From positions 2,518 to 66,517 of the forward strand of contig JAWOBP010000156.1 of assembly GCA_046484285.1 (NCBI GenBank): 64,000 nucleotides of DNA. The letters run 5' to 3'. The DNA is from Polyangia bacterium. GTDB lineage: Bacteria; Myxococcota_A; Polyangia; JAAYKL01. The notes under the pieces are model-generated. The model searched no databases and was not told the origin of the DNA. It saw only the letters and a program-made list of their open reading frames with translations. The translations under genes and the position numbers were made by a program. Positions 18,904-27,235 of the stretch are shown in pieces (position 1 is the stretch's first letter; every line of letters starts with the position of its first letter).

Positions 18904-21702
18904 ATGTCCAAGAAATATCTTTTCGTATTTGCTGTTTTCGCGGCTTGCTGGTCGCTGACCGGCTGGGGCTGCGATTCGAGCGGATCGGGGGGCTCCTCGG
19001 GCGACGCCGACACCGATGCCGACGCGGACGCCGATTCCGATGCCGACGCGGACGCCGATTCCGATACGGATGCCGACAGCGATGGCGACACGGACGCCGA
19101 CTCGGACGCCGACAGCGACGCCGACTCGGACGCCGACAGCGACGCCGACTCGGACACGGACTCCGATTCGGACACGGACATGCAGCAGACCGATTTTTGC
19201 AACGAGGACGGCTGGTGCTTCGAGAATCCCACCCCGCACGGCAACACGCTGCGCAGCGTCTGGATCAACTCAGCGAGCGACGTCTGGATGACCAGCGAGA
19301 CCGGGCAGGTGCTGCGCTACGACGGCAGCGACTGGTACGAGTGGCGCTCCGGAGAGTGGGGCGAGGTCTTCACCGCCCTGTGGGGCACCGCTCAGTCGAA
19401 CATGTTCGCGCTGAGCAGCAATCGGCTGATGCACTGGAACGGGAGCGGTTGGTCGGCGGTCTTCACCGACTACGGGCTGACCGCCGTGTTCGGTTTCGGC
19501 AGCGACGACATCTGGGTCACCAGCTACTATGGCGCCCACCACTGGGACGGCACGAGCTGGGAGGAGCACGAGCTGCCGGATTCGTACCTGGCGACCGTGT
19601 TCGGCGTCGCCACGGACGACGTCTGGCTCGGCGGGCAAAACGGCGTTCTCTACCACTGGAACGGCAGCGAGCTCGAGGATCGCTCCCTGACCGACGAGAA
19701 CCACATCTCCGATATCTGGGGCAGCGCCGCGGACGACGTCTACCTCGCATCGGCCGGCTCGAATTCGCTCTACCACTGGGACGGATCCGAGATGGGCCAG
19801 CTCAATCCCGGGCTGACCGCGAGCGGCTGGTCGAAGATCGCGGGCATCGCGGCCGACGACATCTACCTGCTGGGCTCGGGCAACAGGGTGGGTCATTACG
19901 ACGGATCCTTCTGGAGCGACGTCTCGCCCACGGTCCAGCCCTGGTCGCTGGTGGACATCGACGCCGAGTCGGGCGGCGACGTCTGGCTGGTGGGAGGCTA
20001 CGGGATCTTCTGCCAACGGGACGGGGGCGGCTGGGCGTGCAGCGACGCGCTGACCTACGAGAACCTGCAGAGCGTGGGAGGCAGCGCGGCCGACGATCTG
20101 ACGGCCTGCTCCGGCTGGGGCGTGATCGCGGAGCGCGGCTCGGGAGGCTGGAGCACCAATCAGGTCGCGGTTCCGACCTACCTTTCCGACGTCTGGCACA
20201 CGGGCGACGGGGTATTCTGGGGCTATTCCAGCAACACCTACACCGACGAGCTGCTCTTCTATCGCTACGACGGATCGGCGTGGAGCGAGTCGACGGTCGA
20301 AGCGCCGAGCGGGATGCACGCGGTCTGGGCCGGAGACGACGGCAGCGCCTGGGTGGCCGGTCTCGGCGGGCGGGCCTGCCGCTTCGACGGCGCGAGCTGG
20401 AGCTGCGACGCGACCGGGACGACCAAGGATCTGCAAGCCGTCTTCTCGGTGGACGGCGAGGTCTTCGCCGCCGGCCAGGACGGCGCCGTGGCTCACCACG
20501 ACGGAACGGGCTGGTCGCCGCAGGCGAGCAACGTGGACGACGACCTCCGCGCGGTCTGGGGCGCGAGCGCCGACGACGTCTGGGTCGTGGGACACCACGG
20601 CAACGCGGCGCATTTCGACGGCACGGCGTGGACGGCGGTCGATATCTCCAGCTCCTACGATCTCAACGACCTGTGGGGCTTCGCTTCGGACGACGTGTGG
20701 GCCGTGGGCTACAGCGGCGACGCCTTCCACTGGGACGGAGTCGAGTGGACCGAGGTGGAGACGCCGATCTACGACGAGATCTACTCCATCTGGGGCGCGA
20801 CGAGCGACGACGTCTGGGCGGTGTCCGACTGGGGCGGCCTGATCCACTGGGACGGGACGGAATGGAGCGAGGACACCAGCCTCGAGGACTGGGACATGAT
20901 GGCGGTTGCGGGCACCGCCTCCGACGATGTCTGGATCGTCGGCTGGCACGGAACCATGTACCACTACAACGGCTCGGCGTGGAGCGAGGTCAGCAACATG
21001 CTGACCGAGGATTCGCTCTACATGGAAGACATCACCGCCGGCGGAGGCGAGCTGTGGGTCGTCGACTGGGACGACCAGATCTACGCCCGCAAGAACGGCG
21101 CCTGGTCGATCCAGGTGCTGGCCGAGGAGGACGAGGCGCAGGTGACCGGGATCTGGGCCGCAGGACCGGACGACGCCTGGGCCGCGCTTCACCAGGGGAT
21201 GCTGCTGCGCTGGGACGGCGTCGAGTGGCGGCTCTACTCCAGCAGCGGGGCGTCGCGGCTGGACGCGATCCACGGCGCGGGCAGCGACCAGGTCTGGGCG
21301 ATCGGAGACGCCCTGATCGCCTGGGACGGCAGCGCCTGGACGCGGCTGGCCGACGTCTCGACTCAGAGCGAGAACGCCGATTTCGCCGGCATCTACGGGA
21401 CGTCCAGCAGCGAGCTGCGCGCTCTGCTGGAGAACGGAACGCTCTACTCATGGGACGGCTCCTCGTTCGCCCAGCAGTTCACGGTCGACTGGTACAACAT
21501 CTACATGGACGTGACCTGGCTGGGGCTCGACGAGCTGTGGGCCGTGGGCAGCGGCGGCGCTGTGCTGCACTGGGACGGCGTCTCGGTCGAGCTGCCGGCG
21601 AGGCTGACGAGCAACACGCTCTACGGAGTCACTTCGATTCCGGCCGGAGACCTGTTCGCCGTCGGACTGGGCGGCACGATTCTGCACCGCCTGCCGCAGT
21701 GA
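18904..21702 (+). CDS. large repeat lipoprotein: post-lipobox poly(Asp-Ser/Ala/Thr) tether + ~18 tandem Trp-rich beta-propeller-like repeats
   Basis: CAAGGAG RBS; [23 protein letters not shown] lipobox; 60-aa [27 protein letters not shown]... linker; then ~45-aa units with consensus [13 protein letters not shown]...HWDG..W (Ycf48/BNR-like blades). Confidence 0.8.
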   Translation: MSKKYLFVFAVFAACWSLTGWGCDSSGSGGSSGDADTDADADADSDADADADSDTDADSDGDTDADSDADSDADSDADSDADSDTDSDSDTDMQQTDFCNEDGWCFENPTPHGNTLRSVWINSASDVWMTSETGQVLRYDGSDWYEWRSGEWGEVFTALWGTAQSNMFALSSNRLMHWNGSGWSAVFTDYGLTAVFGFGSDDIWVTSYYGAHHWDGTSWEEHELPDSYLATVFGVATDDVWLGGQNGVLYHWNGSELEDRSLTDENHISDIWGSAADDVYLASAGSNSLYHWDGSEMGQLNPGLTASGWSKIAGIAADDIYLLGSGNRVGHYDGSFWSDVSPTVQPWSLVDIDAESGGDVWLVGGYGIFCQRDGGGWACSDALTYENLQSVGGSAADDLTACSGWGVIAERGSGGWSTNQVAVPTYLSDVWHTGDGVFWGYSSNTYTDELLFYRYDGSAWSESTVEAPSGMHAVWAGDDGSAWVAGLGGRACRFDGASWSCDATGTTKDLQAVFSVDGEVFAAGQDGAVAHHDGTGWSPQASNVDDDLRAVWGASADDVWVVGHHGNAAHFDGTAWTAVDISSSYDLNDLWGFASDDVWAVGYSGDAFHWDGVEWTEVETPIYDEIYSIWGATSDDVWAVSDWGGLIHWDGTEWSEDTSLEDWDMMAVAGTASDDVWIVGWHGTMYHYNGSAWSEVSNMLTEDSLYMEDITAGGGELWVVDWDDQIYARKNGAWSIQVLAEEDEAQVTGIWAAGPDDAWAALHQGMLLRWDGVEWRLYSSSGASRLDAIHGAGSDQVWAIGDALIAWDGSAWTRLADVSTQSENADFAGIYGTSSSELRALLENGTLYSWDGSSFAQQFTVDWYNIYMDVTWLGLDELWAVGSGGAVLHWDGVSVELPARLTSNTLYGVTSIPAGDLFAVGLGGTILHRLPQ
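18997..19185 (+). repeat. imperfect 6/12-bp coding tandem repeat (GAC-RCS-GAY-KCS)n encoding the acidic tether
   Basis: Seen directly: gacgccgacaccgatgccgacgcggacgccgattccgat...gacagcgacgccgactcggacgcc... Confidence 0.7.
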
Positions 21703-21739
21703 CGGGGAGTCGGGCTCGATGGCAAGGAGGACAAAAACG

Positions 21740-22669
21740 ATGATCGGCAAGCTGCGAATCGCCCTGCTGGCCGCCGGGCTGGTCGCCGTCTCGGGCTGCG
21801 AGTCGGCCGGCGGCGCCAGCTCCGGCTCCGATGCCGACGCCGACGCGGACGGCGATAGCGACGGCGATAGCGACGGCGACAGCGACGCAGATTCGGACTC
21901 GGACCAGGAGTGCACGGACGGGGCCGCGATCTGCGCTGACGACTACACCGCGCAGACCTGCATCGGCGGGGAGTGGGTCGTCACCGACGAGTGTAACCCC
22001 GAGACCCAGATGTGCGTGGGCGGCGTCTGCGCCGACTGCGTGGACATCGAGTTCTCGATCCAGACCCAGCAGGCCTGCGCGATCTCGATCCTGGACGGTT
22101 ACGAGATGGACGGTGAGGGCTTCATCGAGCTGTACGGCGAGCAGTACCGCGTCTTCGCCATGGATCGCTGGGGCGAGGGGCACATCATCGCCTGGGCCGA
22201 CTCGACGACCACCGGCGAGCTGCTCGAGGCGTTCAACGTGACCGGCTACCTGGGCCAGATGGACGATCCGACCGTGGTCTCGTTCGGCGACAACTACCTG
22301 TGCAACCCGGACGGGCTGGACGGCTACATGCCTGACTACGTGCAGTACCTGGGCGAGGATCTTCCGGCCGCCTACCTGCAGAACGCCGCGCAGATGGCCA
22401 GTGATTTCGACGTGCTGATCTTCTGCGGGTTCCGCATTCCGTGGAGCAACGACTGGGCCGACGAGATTGCCGAGTTCGTCTCCCAGCACGGCAAGGGCTT
22501 CTTGGCGGTGATGGACTACGAGGGCGTGGTGGTGGCCGAGGATTTCACCAACATGAGCGCGATCACCTCCCAGGCCGGGATCGTGTTCGATCCGCTCAAC
22601 CTGGATTGGGCGCCGACCTCGGTCTCGGTTCAGCTGGAGTGCGTGCCCGACGTGCCTCCGGTCGAGTAG
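21740..22669 (+). CDS. hypothetical lipoprotein with acidic (D-S/A/G)n tether
   Basis: ATG at 21740 preceded by AGGAGG; MIGKLRIALLAAGLVAVSGC lipobox; [28 protein letters not shown] linker; Cys-rich globular domain; no family recognised. Confidence 0.6.
   Translation: MIGKLRIALLAAGLVAVSGCESAGGASSGSDADADADGDSDGDSDGDSDADSDSDQECTDGAAICADDYTAQTCIGGEWVVTDECNPETQMCVGGVCADCVDIEFSIQTQQACAISILDGYEMDGEGFIELYGEQYRVFAMDRWGEGHIIAWADSTTTGELLEAFNVTGYLGQMDDPTVVSFGDNYLCNPDGLDGYMPDYVQYLGEDLPAAYLQNAAQMASDFDVLIFCGFRIPWSNDWADEIAEFVSQHGKGFLAVMDYEGVVVAEDFTNMSAITSQAGIVFDPLNLDWAPTSVSVQLECVPDVPPVE
21824..21910 (+). repeat. short coding tandem repeat (GAC/GGC-GAT-AGC)n encoding DADADGDSDGDSDGDSDADSDSD
   Basis: gatgccgacgccgacgcggacggcgatagcgacggcgatagcgacggcgacagcgacgcagattcggactcggac. 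Confidence 0.6.
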
Positions 22670-22690
22670 CTCGAGCCCGCTGGAGGCGTC

Positions 22691-23257
22691 TCAGGCGTCT
22701 CCCACGGTCGCGGCCAGCGCGCCCGGCTCGATCCCCAGCCGGCGCAGGGCGGTCTCCCAGCGCTTCTCCATCGGGACGTCGAAGACCAGGTCGGCCTCGA
22801 ACGGGACCGTGATCCACGAGCCGCTCTTGATCTCGCCGATCAGCTGACCGGGGCCCCAGCCGGCGTAGCCCAGGCAGAACATGTAGCTGGCCGGGCCGTG
22901 ACCGGTGGCGATCGCCTCCACGATGTCGCGCGAGGCGGTGACCCGCACGCCGTCGGCCACCGGCCTGGTCTGATCGCCGTCCCAGTCCGCGCTGTGCAGG
23001 ATCCAGCCCAGCTCGACCGCCACGGGGCCGCCGTACATCACCGGCGGATGGGAGCGGCCGTCCACCTCGCCTTCGACCTCGACCTCCATTGCCTCGAGCA
23101 CGTCGGCCAGCTCGAGCTCGGCCGAGCGGTTGATCACCAGGCCCAGCGAGCCCTCGTCGTCCTCGTGCTCCATCATCAGAACAACGGTGCGCTCGAAGTT
23201 GGGATCCTTGAGCTGGGGCGCCGCGACCAGGAATCCGGGTGAGATGCGAGAACTCAT
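22691..23257 (-). CDS. YqgE/AlgH-family (UPF0301/DUF179) protein
   Basis: GFLVAAPQLKDPNFERTVVLMMEHEDDEGSLGLVINR... is the conserved N-terminus of the YqgE/AlgH family; start at ATG 23255-57 (GTG at 23272 also possible). Confidence 0.7.
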   Translation of the reverse strand: MSSRISPGFLVAAPQLKDPNFERTVVLMMEHEDDEGSLGLVINRSAELELADVLEAMEVEVEGEVDGRSHPPVMYGGPVAVELGWILHSADWDGDQTRPVADGVRVTASRDIVEAIATGHGPASYMFCLGYAGWGPGQLIGEIKSGSWITVPFEADLVFDVPMEKRWETALRRLGIEPGALAATVGDA

Positions 23258-23382
23258 GGAGTGATCATGCACGCTGCAAGCGCCCCTGTCGAGTGCCGGG
23301 CGGACGGATTGTGCCGGGGGGATGGATGCCGGGAGGATGGATGTTACCCGTGGGGACAGCCGGCTCTCCGTGCGGGGCGGGA

Positions 23383-24174
23383 TCAGTAGCTGTCCGGGGG
23401 CGGGTCTACCAGCTGGAACTGGGCTTCCAGCTTGGACAGGTCGGGCAGCTCCTCGAGGTTGGGCATCAGCGTTATCTCGATGCGGCGGTTGCGCGCCTTT
23501 CCGCGCTTTTTGCGGTTGGGCGCGACCGGTTGGTGGTGGGCGTAGCCCGCGGCCGAGAGCCGCCTGCCCGGAACGCCGTGCTCGATCAGGAACTGCACGA
23601 CCTCCACGGCCCTGGCCGCGCTGAGGTGCCAGTTGCTCTCGTGGGGGTTCTCCTCGCTGAGCGGAACGTTGTCCGTGTGCCCGGCAACCTGGAAGTCGCG
23701 ATCCTTTATCCCCCCGAAGACCTCGGCGACGCTTTTCAGAGTCTCCCTGCCCTTGTCGCTCAGCGAGGCCTCGCCCGACTCGAACAGCACCGCGCTCGGC
23801 AGCGCGATCACCATCCTGCCCCTCCGGATCCGCACCTGGAGGTCGCCCGCTTCGATCATCTTCTCGAGGCTGTCCAGCAGCCCCTGGAGCGTCTCCTGCC
23901 TGCGCGCGGCGAGATCGGCCGCCTCCCGGCTTCTTTCGACCTGCAACCGCAGACCCCGCAGCTCGGCCCGGGCGCTGTCCAGCTCGCCTTCGAGCTTCTC
24001 GAGCGCCGAGACCTGCTCGCGAAGGGTCTCGTTTTGCGACGAGATCGATTCGTTGAGCTCGGTCAGTTCGGCGATCCGCTTCTCCTGCTCGGAGCAGCAG
24101 CCGGAAATGACGAGCGCGGTGGTCAGCAGACCTCCGATCGCCAGCGGCGATCGATGCTTGCCGATGTAGAGCAT
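23383..24174 (-). CDS. OmpA/MotB-like peptidoglycan-binding lipoprotein with coiled-coil
   Basis: Lipobox LTTALVISGCC; heptad coiled-coil region; C-terminal OmpA-like motifs GHTDNVP...NWHLSAARA...NRRIEI. Confidence 0.75.
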   Translation of the reverse strand: MLYIGKHRSPLAIGGLLTTALVISGCCSEQEKRIAELTELNESISSQNETLREQVSALEKLEGELDSARAELRGLRLQVERSREAADLAARRQETLQGLLDSLEKMIEAGDLQVRIRRGRMVIALPSAVLFESGEASLSDKGRETLKSVAEVFGGIKDRDFQVAGHTDNVPLSEENPHESNWHLSAARAVEVVQFLIEHGVPGRRLSAAGYAHHQPVAPNRKKRGKARNRRIEITLMPNLEELPDLSKLEAQFQLVDPPPDSY

Positions 24175-24467
24175 TGGTCAGTTCCTTTGTTTTGAAGACG
24201 GTACGATACTGGACCCTGGATCGGTGCTGTCAATACCGACGTGCAGAGAGGCTCAGCCGAACAGCTCCAGCTGGCGTCGGTTTTCCCCTGTGCCTTGCTT
24301 GCTTCGTCTCCGGCGGCCCGTTCCCGGTCGCAGCCTTTGCTCCAGCTCGCCGCCGGCCGGTCCCAGCGCTGTCATTCCGCCCCGCTGGGGGGAAATGGCC
24401 CATTCCCGGTCGACGATCTGCTCGAATGACACTCCGGCCGTTTTCTCCAATCGGCGCGCGCGGAAGT

Positions 24468-24632
24468 CTAGTGCCTCGTCAACCCGACGATTTCGGGTAC
24501 GGGGCGAGAGATCATCGGCGAGGCCAAGGAACGACGACGAAGGACTGGCGGTGCCAATTCGAGGAGGAGTGACGCAGGGATCGTCGATGAGGGCCGGCCC
24601 GACCCGGCATTGTGGGGTTGACGAGGCGCTAG
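24468..24632. mobile_element. MITE-like element, copy A (IS630/Tc1-type: CTAG target, TA duplication, ~18-bp TIR)
   Basis: 165 bp bounded by CTAG...CTAG; TIR CTAGTGCCTCGTCAACCC / GGGTTGACGAGGCGCTAG; 100 % identical (bar one C) to the inverted copy at 37983..38146; no transposase ORF inside. Confidence 0.6.
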
Positions 24633-25061
24633 GCGGCGAAAGGAGTCGATCTTGTCGCTGTTGCCAATTCGGGCCCGGTCGAGAGCGTCGCGCAGCTCCT
24701 CGATCGTGCGGTCGTAGACGCGAAGCGGGACCGGGTGGGGGTGGCCGTCCTTTCCGCCGTGGGCGAAGGCGAAGCGGGCCGGATCGTCGAAGCGGGACGG
24801 AGCACCGCAGGCGACCTCGGAGGCGACCTCGGCGACCAGGGCCAGCGCCTGCATCGTACGCGGTCCCAGGCCCTCGGTCAGCAGCAGCGATTCGAAGTCG
24901 CGGCCGTCGGTCGCGACGAAGCCGTGCAGGTAGAGCGAGAAGCCGTCCTGGACTGCGGTGTTGTCCACCTTGGCCGTCAAGCGCGAGGCGCGCACCAGCG
25001 CTTCTCAGTCGAGCCCGGTGCGCTCGGCCGTGGCCAGCAGCTCGGCTGGTGTGGGATACAT
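24633..25061 (-). pseudogene. disrupted gene X (unknown family): in-frame TGA plus MITE insertion at 3' end
   Basis: Minus-strand ATG at 25059-61 gives MYPTPAELLATAERTGLD-TGA-EALVRASRLTAKVDNTAVQDGFSLYLHGFVATDGRDFESLL... (high GC3, protein-like); in-frame TGA at about 25005-07; reading frame then runs into MITE copy A and stops at its terminal CTAG. Confidence 0.3.
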
Positions 25062-25110
25062 GATCCACTCGGGGGGTACATGGATCGAGTTGATATCATT
25101 GTTTTTTTTC
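25061..25110. repeat. direct repeat DR-L flanking VapBC cassette
   Basis: TGATCCACTCGGGGGGTACATGGATCGAGTTGATATCATT + T-run; 38/40 identical to DR-R at 25875..25925; contains palindrome GATCCA-N13-TGGATC; begins exactly at the start codon of gene X. Confidence 0.7.
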
Positions 25111-25126
25111 TTGTATCGTTTTTTCC

Positions 25127-25180
25127 TTGACACTCACCGCGAGATATTCACACTATAATTGTGTGCACTAAAGTAGTGCA
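25127..25180 (+). promoter_or_regulatory. AT-rich promoter/operator region of vapB1-vapC1 (TTGACA ... TATAAT hexamers; TGCACTA-N3-TAGTGCA operator)
   Basis: Perfect TTGACA (25127-32) and TATAAT (25154-59) but 21-nt spacer; perfect 7-bp inverted repeat TGCACTAaagTAGTGCA at 25164-80, 14 nt before the AGAGG RBS of the antitoxin gene. Confidence 0.45.
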
Positions 25181-25194
25181 ATAGAGGTCCGCCG

Positions 25195-25413
25195 ATGAAA
25201 AACATAACCCTCAGCGCCGAAGAAGAGCTCATCGAGCGTTCCCGCCTGCGGGCCCGGCAGGAGAAGACCACCTTGAACGCGGTCTTCCGCAGGTGGCTCG
25301 CCAGGTATGCCCTCGGCGAGGACGCCGCGGCATCCTACCGCGATCTAATGAAGGATCTCTCCTATTCCAGCGCCGGTCGTCGCTTCACGCGCGAAGAGCT
25401 GAACGAGCGATAG
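25195..25413 (+). CDS. antitoxin, ribbon-helix-helix/VapB-like
   Basis: 72 aa, ...TLNAVFRRWLARYALGED... DNA-binding antitoxin-like; sits 9 nt upstream of a PIN toxin; lower GC than surroundings. Confidence 0.65.
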   Translation: MKNITLSAEEELIERSRLRARQEKTTLNAVFRRWLARYALGEDAAASYRDLMKDLSYSSAGRRFTREELNER

Positions 25414-25422
25414 GAATAGACC

Positions 25423-25893
25423 ATGAACGACAGGTTTTTTCTTGATACGAACATTTTGGTCTACACTTTCGACGAGCGAGAGCCCTCGAAGCGCGCCAAG
25501 GCAAGGCAGCTCGTGGAGCGCGCTCTCGAGAGCGGCCGGGGTGTGATCAGCTACCAGGTGCTCCAGGAGTTTCTCAACGTGTCGGTGCGCAAGTTCTCAC
25601 GACCGCTGAGATTCGCCGACCGAATCCGCTATCTCGAGACCGTGCTCTCGCCCCTTTGCGAGGTGTTTCCGTCCGAGGCCTTTTACCGCCGCGGGATCGA
25701 GATCGAACAGCGATACGGCTTCGGGTTCTACGATTCGCTGATAATCGCCGGCGCGCTGGCGGCCGGGGCAGCGACCCTCTGCTCCGAAGACTTTCAGGAT
25801 GGCCAGCGCATCGAAAGCACAACCATCGCCAACCCTTTTTCTGACCCCTCTGATCCGCTCTCTGATCCACTCTCTGATCCACTCGGGGGGTGA
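25423..25893 (+). CDS. vapC: PIN-domain toxin VapC
   Basis: FLDTNILVY (first acidic residue), YDSLIIAGA, LCSEDFQD motifs of PIN/VapC; C-terminal SDPSDPLSDPLSDPLGG tail is encoded by the 12-bp tandem repeats/DR-R (stop codon inside DR-R). Confidence 0.8.
   Translation: MNDRFFLDTNILVYTFDEREPSKRAKARQLVERALESGRGVISYQVLQEFLNVSVRKFSRPLRFADRIRYLETVLSPLCEVFPSEAFYRRGIEIEQRYGFGFYDSLIIAGALAAGAATLCSEDFQDGQRIESTTIANPFSDPSDPLSDPLSDPLGG
25849..25884. repeat. three tandem 12-bp units TCTGATCC(G/A)CTC
   Basis: tctgatccgctc tctgatccactc tctgatccactc immediately 5' of DR-R; inverted partial copy (TGGATCGAG) 10 nt downstream. Confidence 0.6.
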
Positions 25894-25925
25894 ATGGATC
25901 GAGTTGATATCATTTGTTTTTATTG
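25875..25925. repeat. direct repeat DR-R flanking VapBC cassette
   Basis: TGATCCACTCGGGGGGTGAATGGATCGAGTTGATATCATT + T-run; contains stop codons of vapC1 (25891-93, plus strand) and of the eIF-2B-like gene (25910-12, minus strand). Confidence 0.7.
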
Positions 25926-26818
25926 GAGCGCAGCTCGGCTCGCCGCCGCGCGATCTCGGCTCCTGCCCGGCCGGCCCTGCTCGCTGTCAGGCGGCCGGTC
26001 TCGGTCAGCACGGCACCCAGCAGGTCGGGCGGCGTCACGTCGAACAGCGGGCAGCTCACCCGCGCTCCGGGCGGCGATTCTCCGGCCAGGTCCGCCGGAT
26101 GCTCCTCGATACTCGCCTCCTTGCGCCCGGCCAGCTTCAGCCGCTGGCAGACTGCGTAAAACGGCACTTCGAAGCGCCTCGCGGCCAGCGCCAGCGGAAA
26201 TGTCCCGGCGCGGTTGACCAGCGATCCGTCGGCCAGGATCTGGTCGGCTCCCACCAGCACCGCGTCGGCGCGCTCCACGGCCGCGGGCAGCGCCCCGTCG
26301 GTCGTCAGCTCCACCTCCAGCCCGTTTTCCACCATCCGCCGCGCCGCGCGCCGGCCGTCTCCGAGGCTGTGCCCCTCGCCGATCAGCACCAGCTCCGGCC
26401 TCAGCCTCTCGAGGCAAGCGAGAGCCGTGGCGCTCCACGAGCAGGTGACCGCCGTCCCCACCTCGCCCAGCTCGCAAACGGCCAGGGCCGCGATCCGCTC
26501 GTCGGCTGCGCGGATCAGCTCCAGCTCGTCTCTAGCCGCCCGCTCGAGGGCAGCGCGCGGAGGTGCTCCCGAAAGCACGGCCCGGCGCGCTTCGATCGCG
26601 ACGCGGAACGCCGCGGATCCGACCGCCGCCATCGAGGGCCGCAGATTGTCGATCCGAACAGCAAGGTCGTCGATTGTCGAAAGGGCCTCTCGGCTTTCGC
26701 AGGGCAGATCCCCGGCCGCGATCTCCAGCGTCTCGAGCGCGCAAACCGCCAGCGAGGTCGCGCCGCTGTCCGTGTCGGAGCGGATCGCCTCCAGCAGCTC
26801 TTCGAGCCGGCGGCTCAC
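25910..26818 (-). CDS. eIF-2B alpha/beta/delta-like family protein (MtnA/ribose-bisphosphate isomerase-like)
   Basis: 302 aa with the IF-2B family pattern (…GADQILADGSLVNRAGTFPLALAARRFEVPFYAVC…); 4-nt overlap with upstream NUDIX gene. Confidence 0.65.
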   Translation of the reverse strand: MSRRLEELLEAIRSDTDSGATSLAVCALETLEIAAGDLPCESREALSTIDDLAVRIDNLRPSMAAVGSAAFRVAIEARRAVLSGAPPRAALERAARDELELIRAADERIAALAVCELGEVGTAVTCSWSATALACLERLRPELVLIGEGHSLGDGRRAARRMVENGLEVELTTDGALPAAVERADAVLVGADQILADGSLVNRAGTFPLALAARRFEVPFYAVCQRLKLAGRKEASIEEHPADLAGESPPGARVSCPLFDVTPPDLLGAVLTETGRLTASRAGRAGAEIARRRAELRSNKNK

Positions 26819-27228
26819 GGCGCGACCCTCCGCCAGGCCTCGCCGAGCGCTGGCACGGTCTCGAGCCGGTCGATCTCGCGCGGTTCGGCCCAGCGCAGCT
26901 CGACGTGCTCCCAGTCCAGCCTGGGCTGCGCGCCGGGAGCCAGTCGAAAGCGAAACGGGTGCACGCGCCAGCGACGCCCCAGCTCCTCGTCGAGCACCTC
27001 CAGCGGATCGCCGCTGCGCTCCAGCTCGATCTGCTCGCCGGAAAAGCCCAGCTCCTCGAAGATCTCGACCCGCGCCTGGCGCTCGGCCGAGCTCTCTTCC
27101 AGAAAGCCCGATACACCGGCCCAGCGACCCTGGTAGCTGCCCACGTGCGAGGAGCGCCGCAGCAGAAGCACGCGTCCGTCGCGCACGACAAAGGCGGTGA
27201 CCACGTCGGTGGTTTTTTCCGAGCTCAA
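26815..27228 (-). CDS. NUDIX hydrolase
   Basis: Nudix box GRWAGVSGFLEESSAERQARVEIFEELG (Gx5Ex7REuxEExGu). Confidence 0.8.
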   Translation of the reverse strand: MSSEKTTDVVTAFVVRDGRVLLLRRSSHVGSYQGRWAGVSGFLEESSAERQARVEIFEELGFSGEQIELERSGDPLEVLDEELGRRWRVHPFRFRLAPGAQPRLDWEHVELRWAEPREIDRLETVPALGEAWRRVAP

Positions 27229-27235
27229 GGCGCGG

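Noticed and set aside
25005-25007. In-frame TGA of gene X as selenocysteine with a downstream SECIS-like hairpin
   Set aside because: The hairpin is only 5 bp with a 3-nt loop, there is no selA/selB/selD in the window, and there is an additional MITE disruption, so a pseudogene is more parsimonious. Left as a low-probability note in the finding.
25127-25159. vapB1 promoter as a canonical sigma70 promoter
   Set aside because: The hexamers are perfect but the spacer is 21 nt, so the functional promoter may use other hexamers. It is reported only as an AT-rich promoter/operator region.
25061-25925. Integron gene cassette (attC) interpretation of the VapBC cassette
   Set aside because: There is no intI or attI in the window and the repeat lacks a GTTRRRY core in the expected position. 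Kept only as one of several possibilities in the finding.
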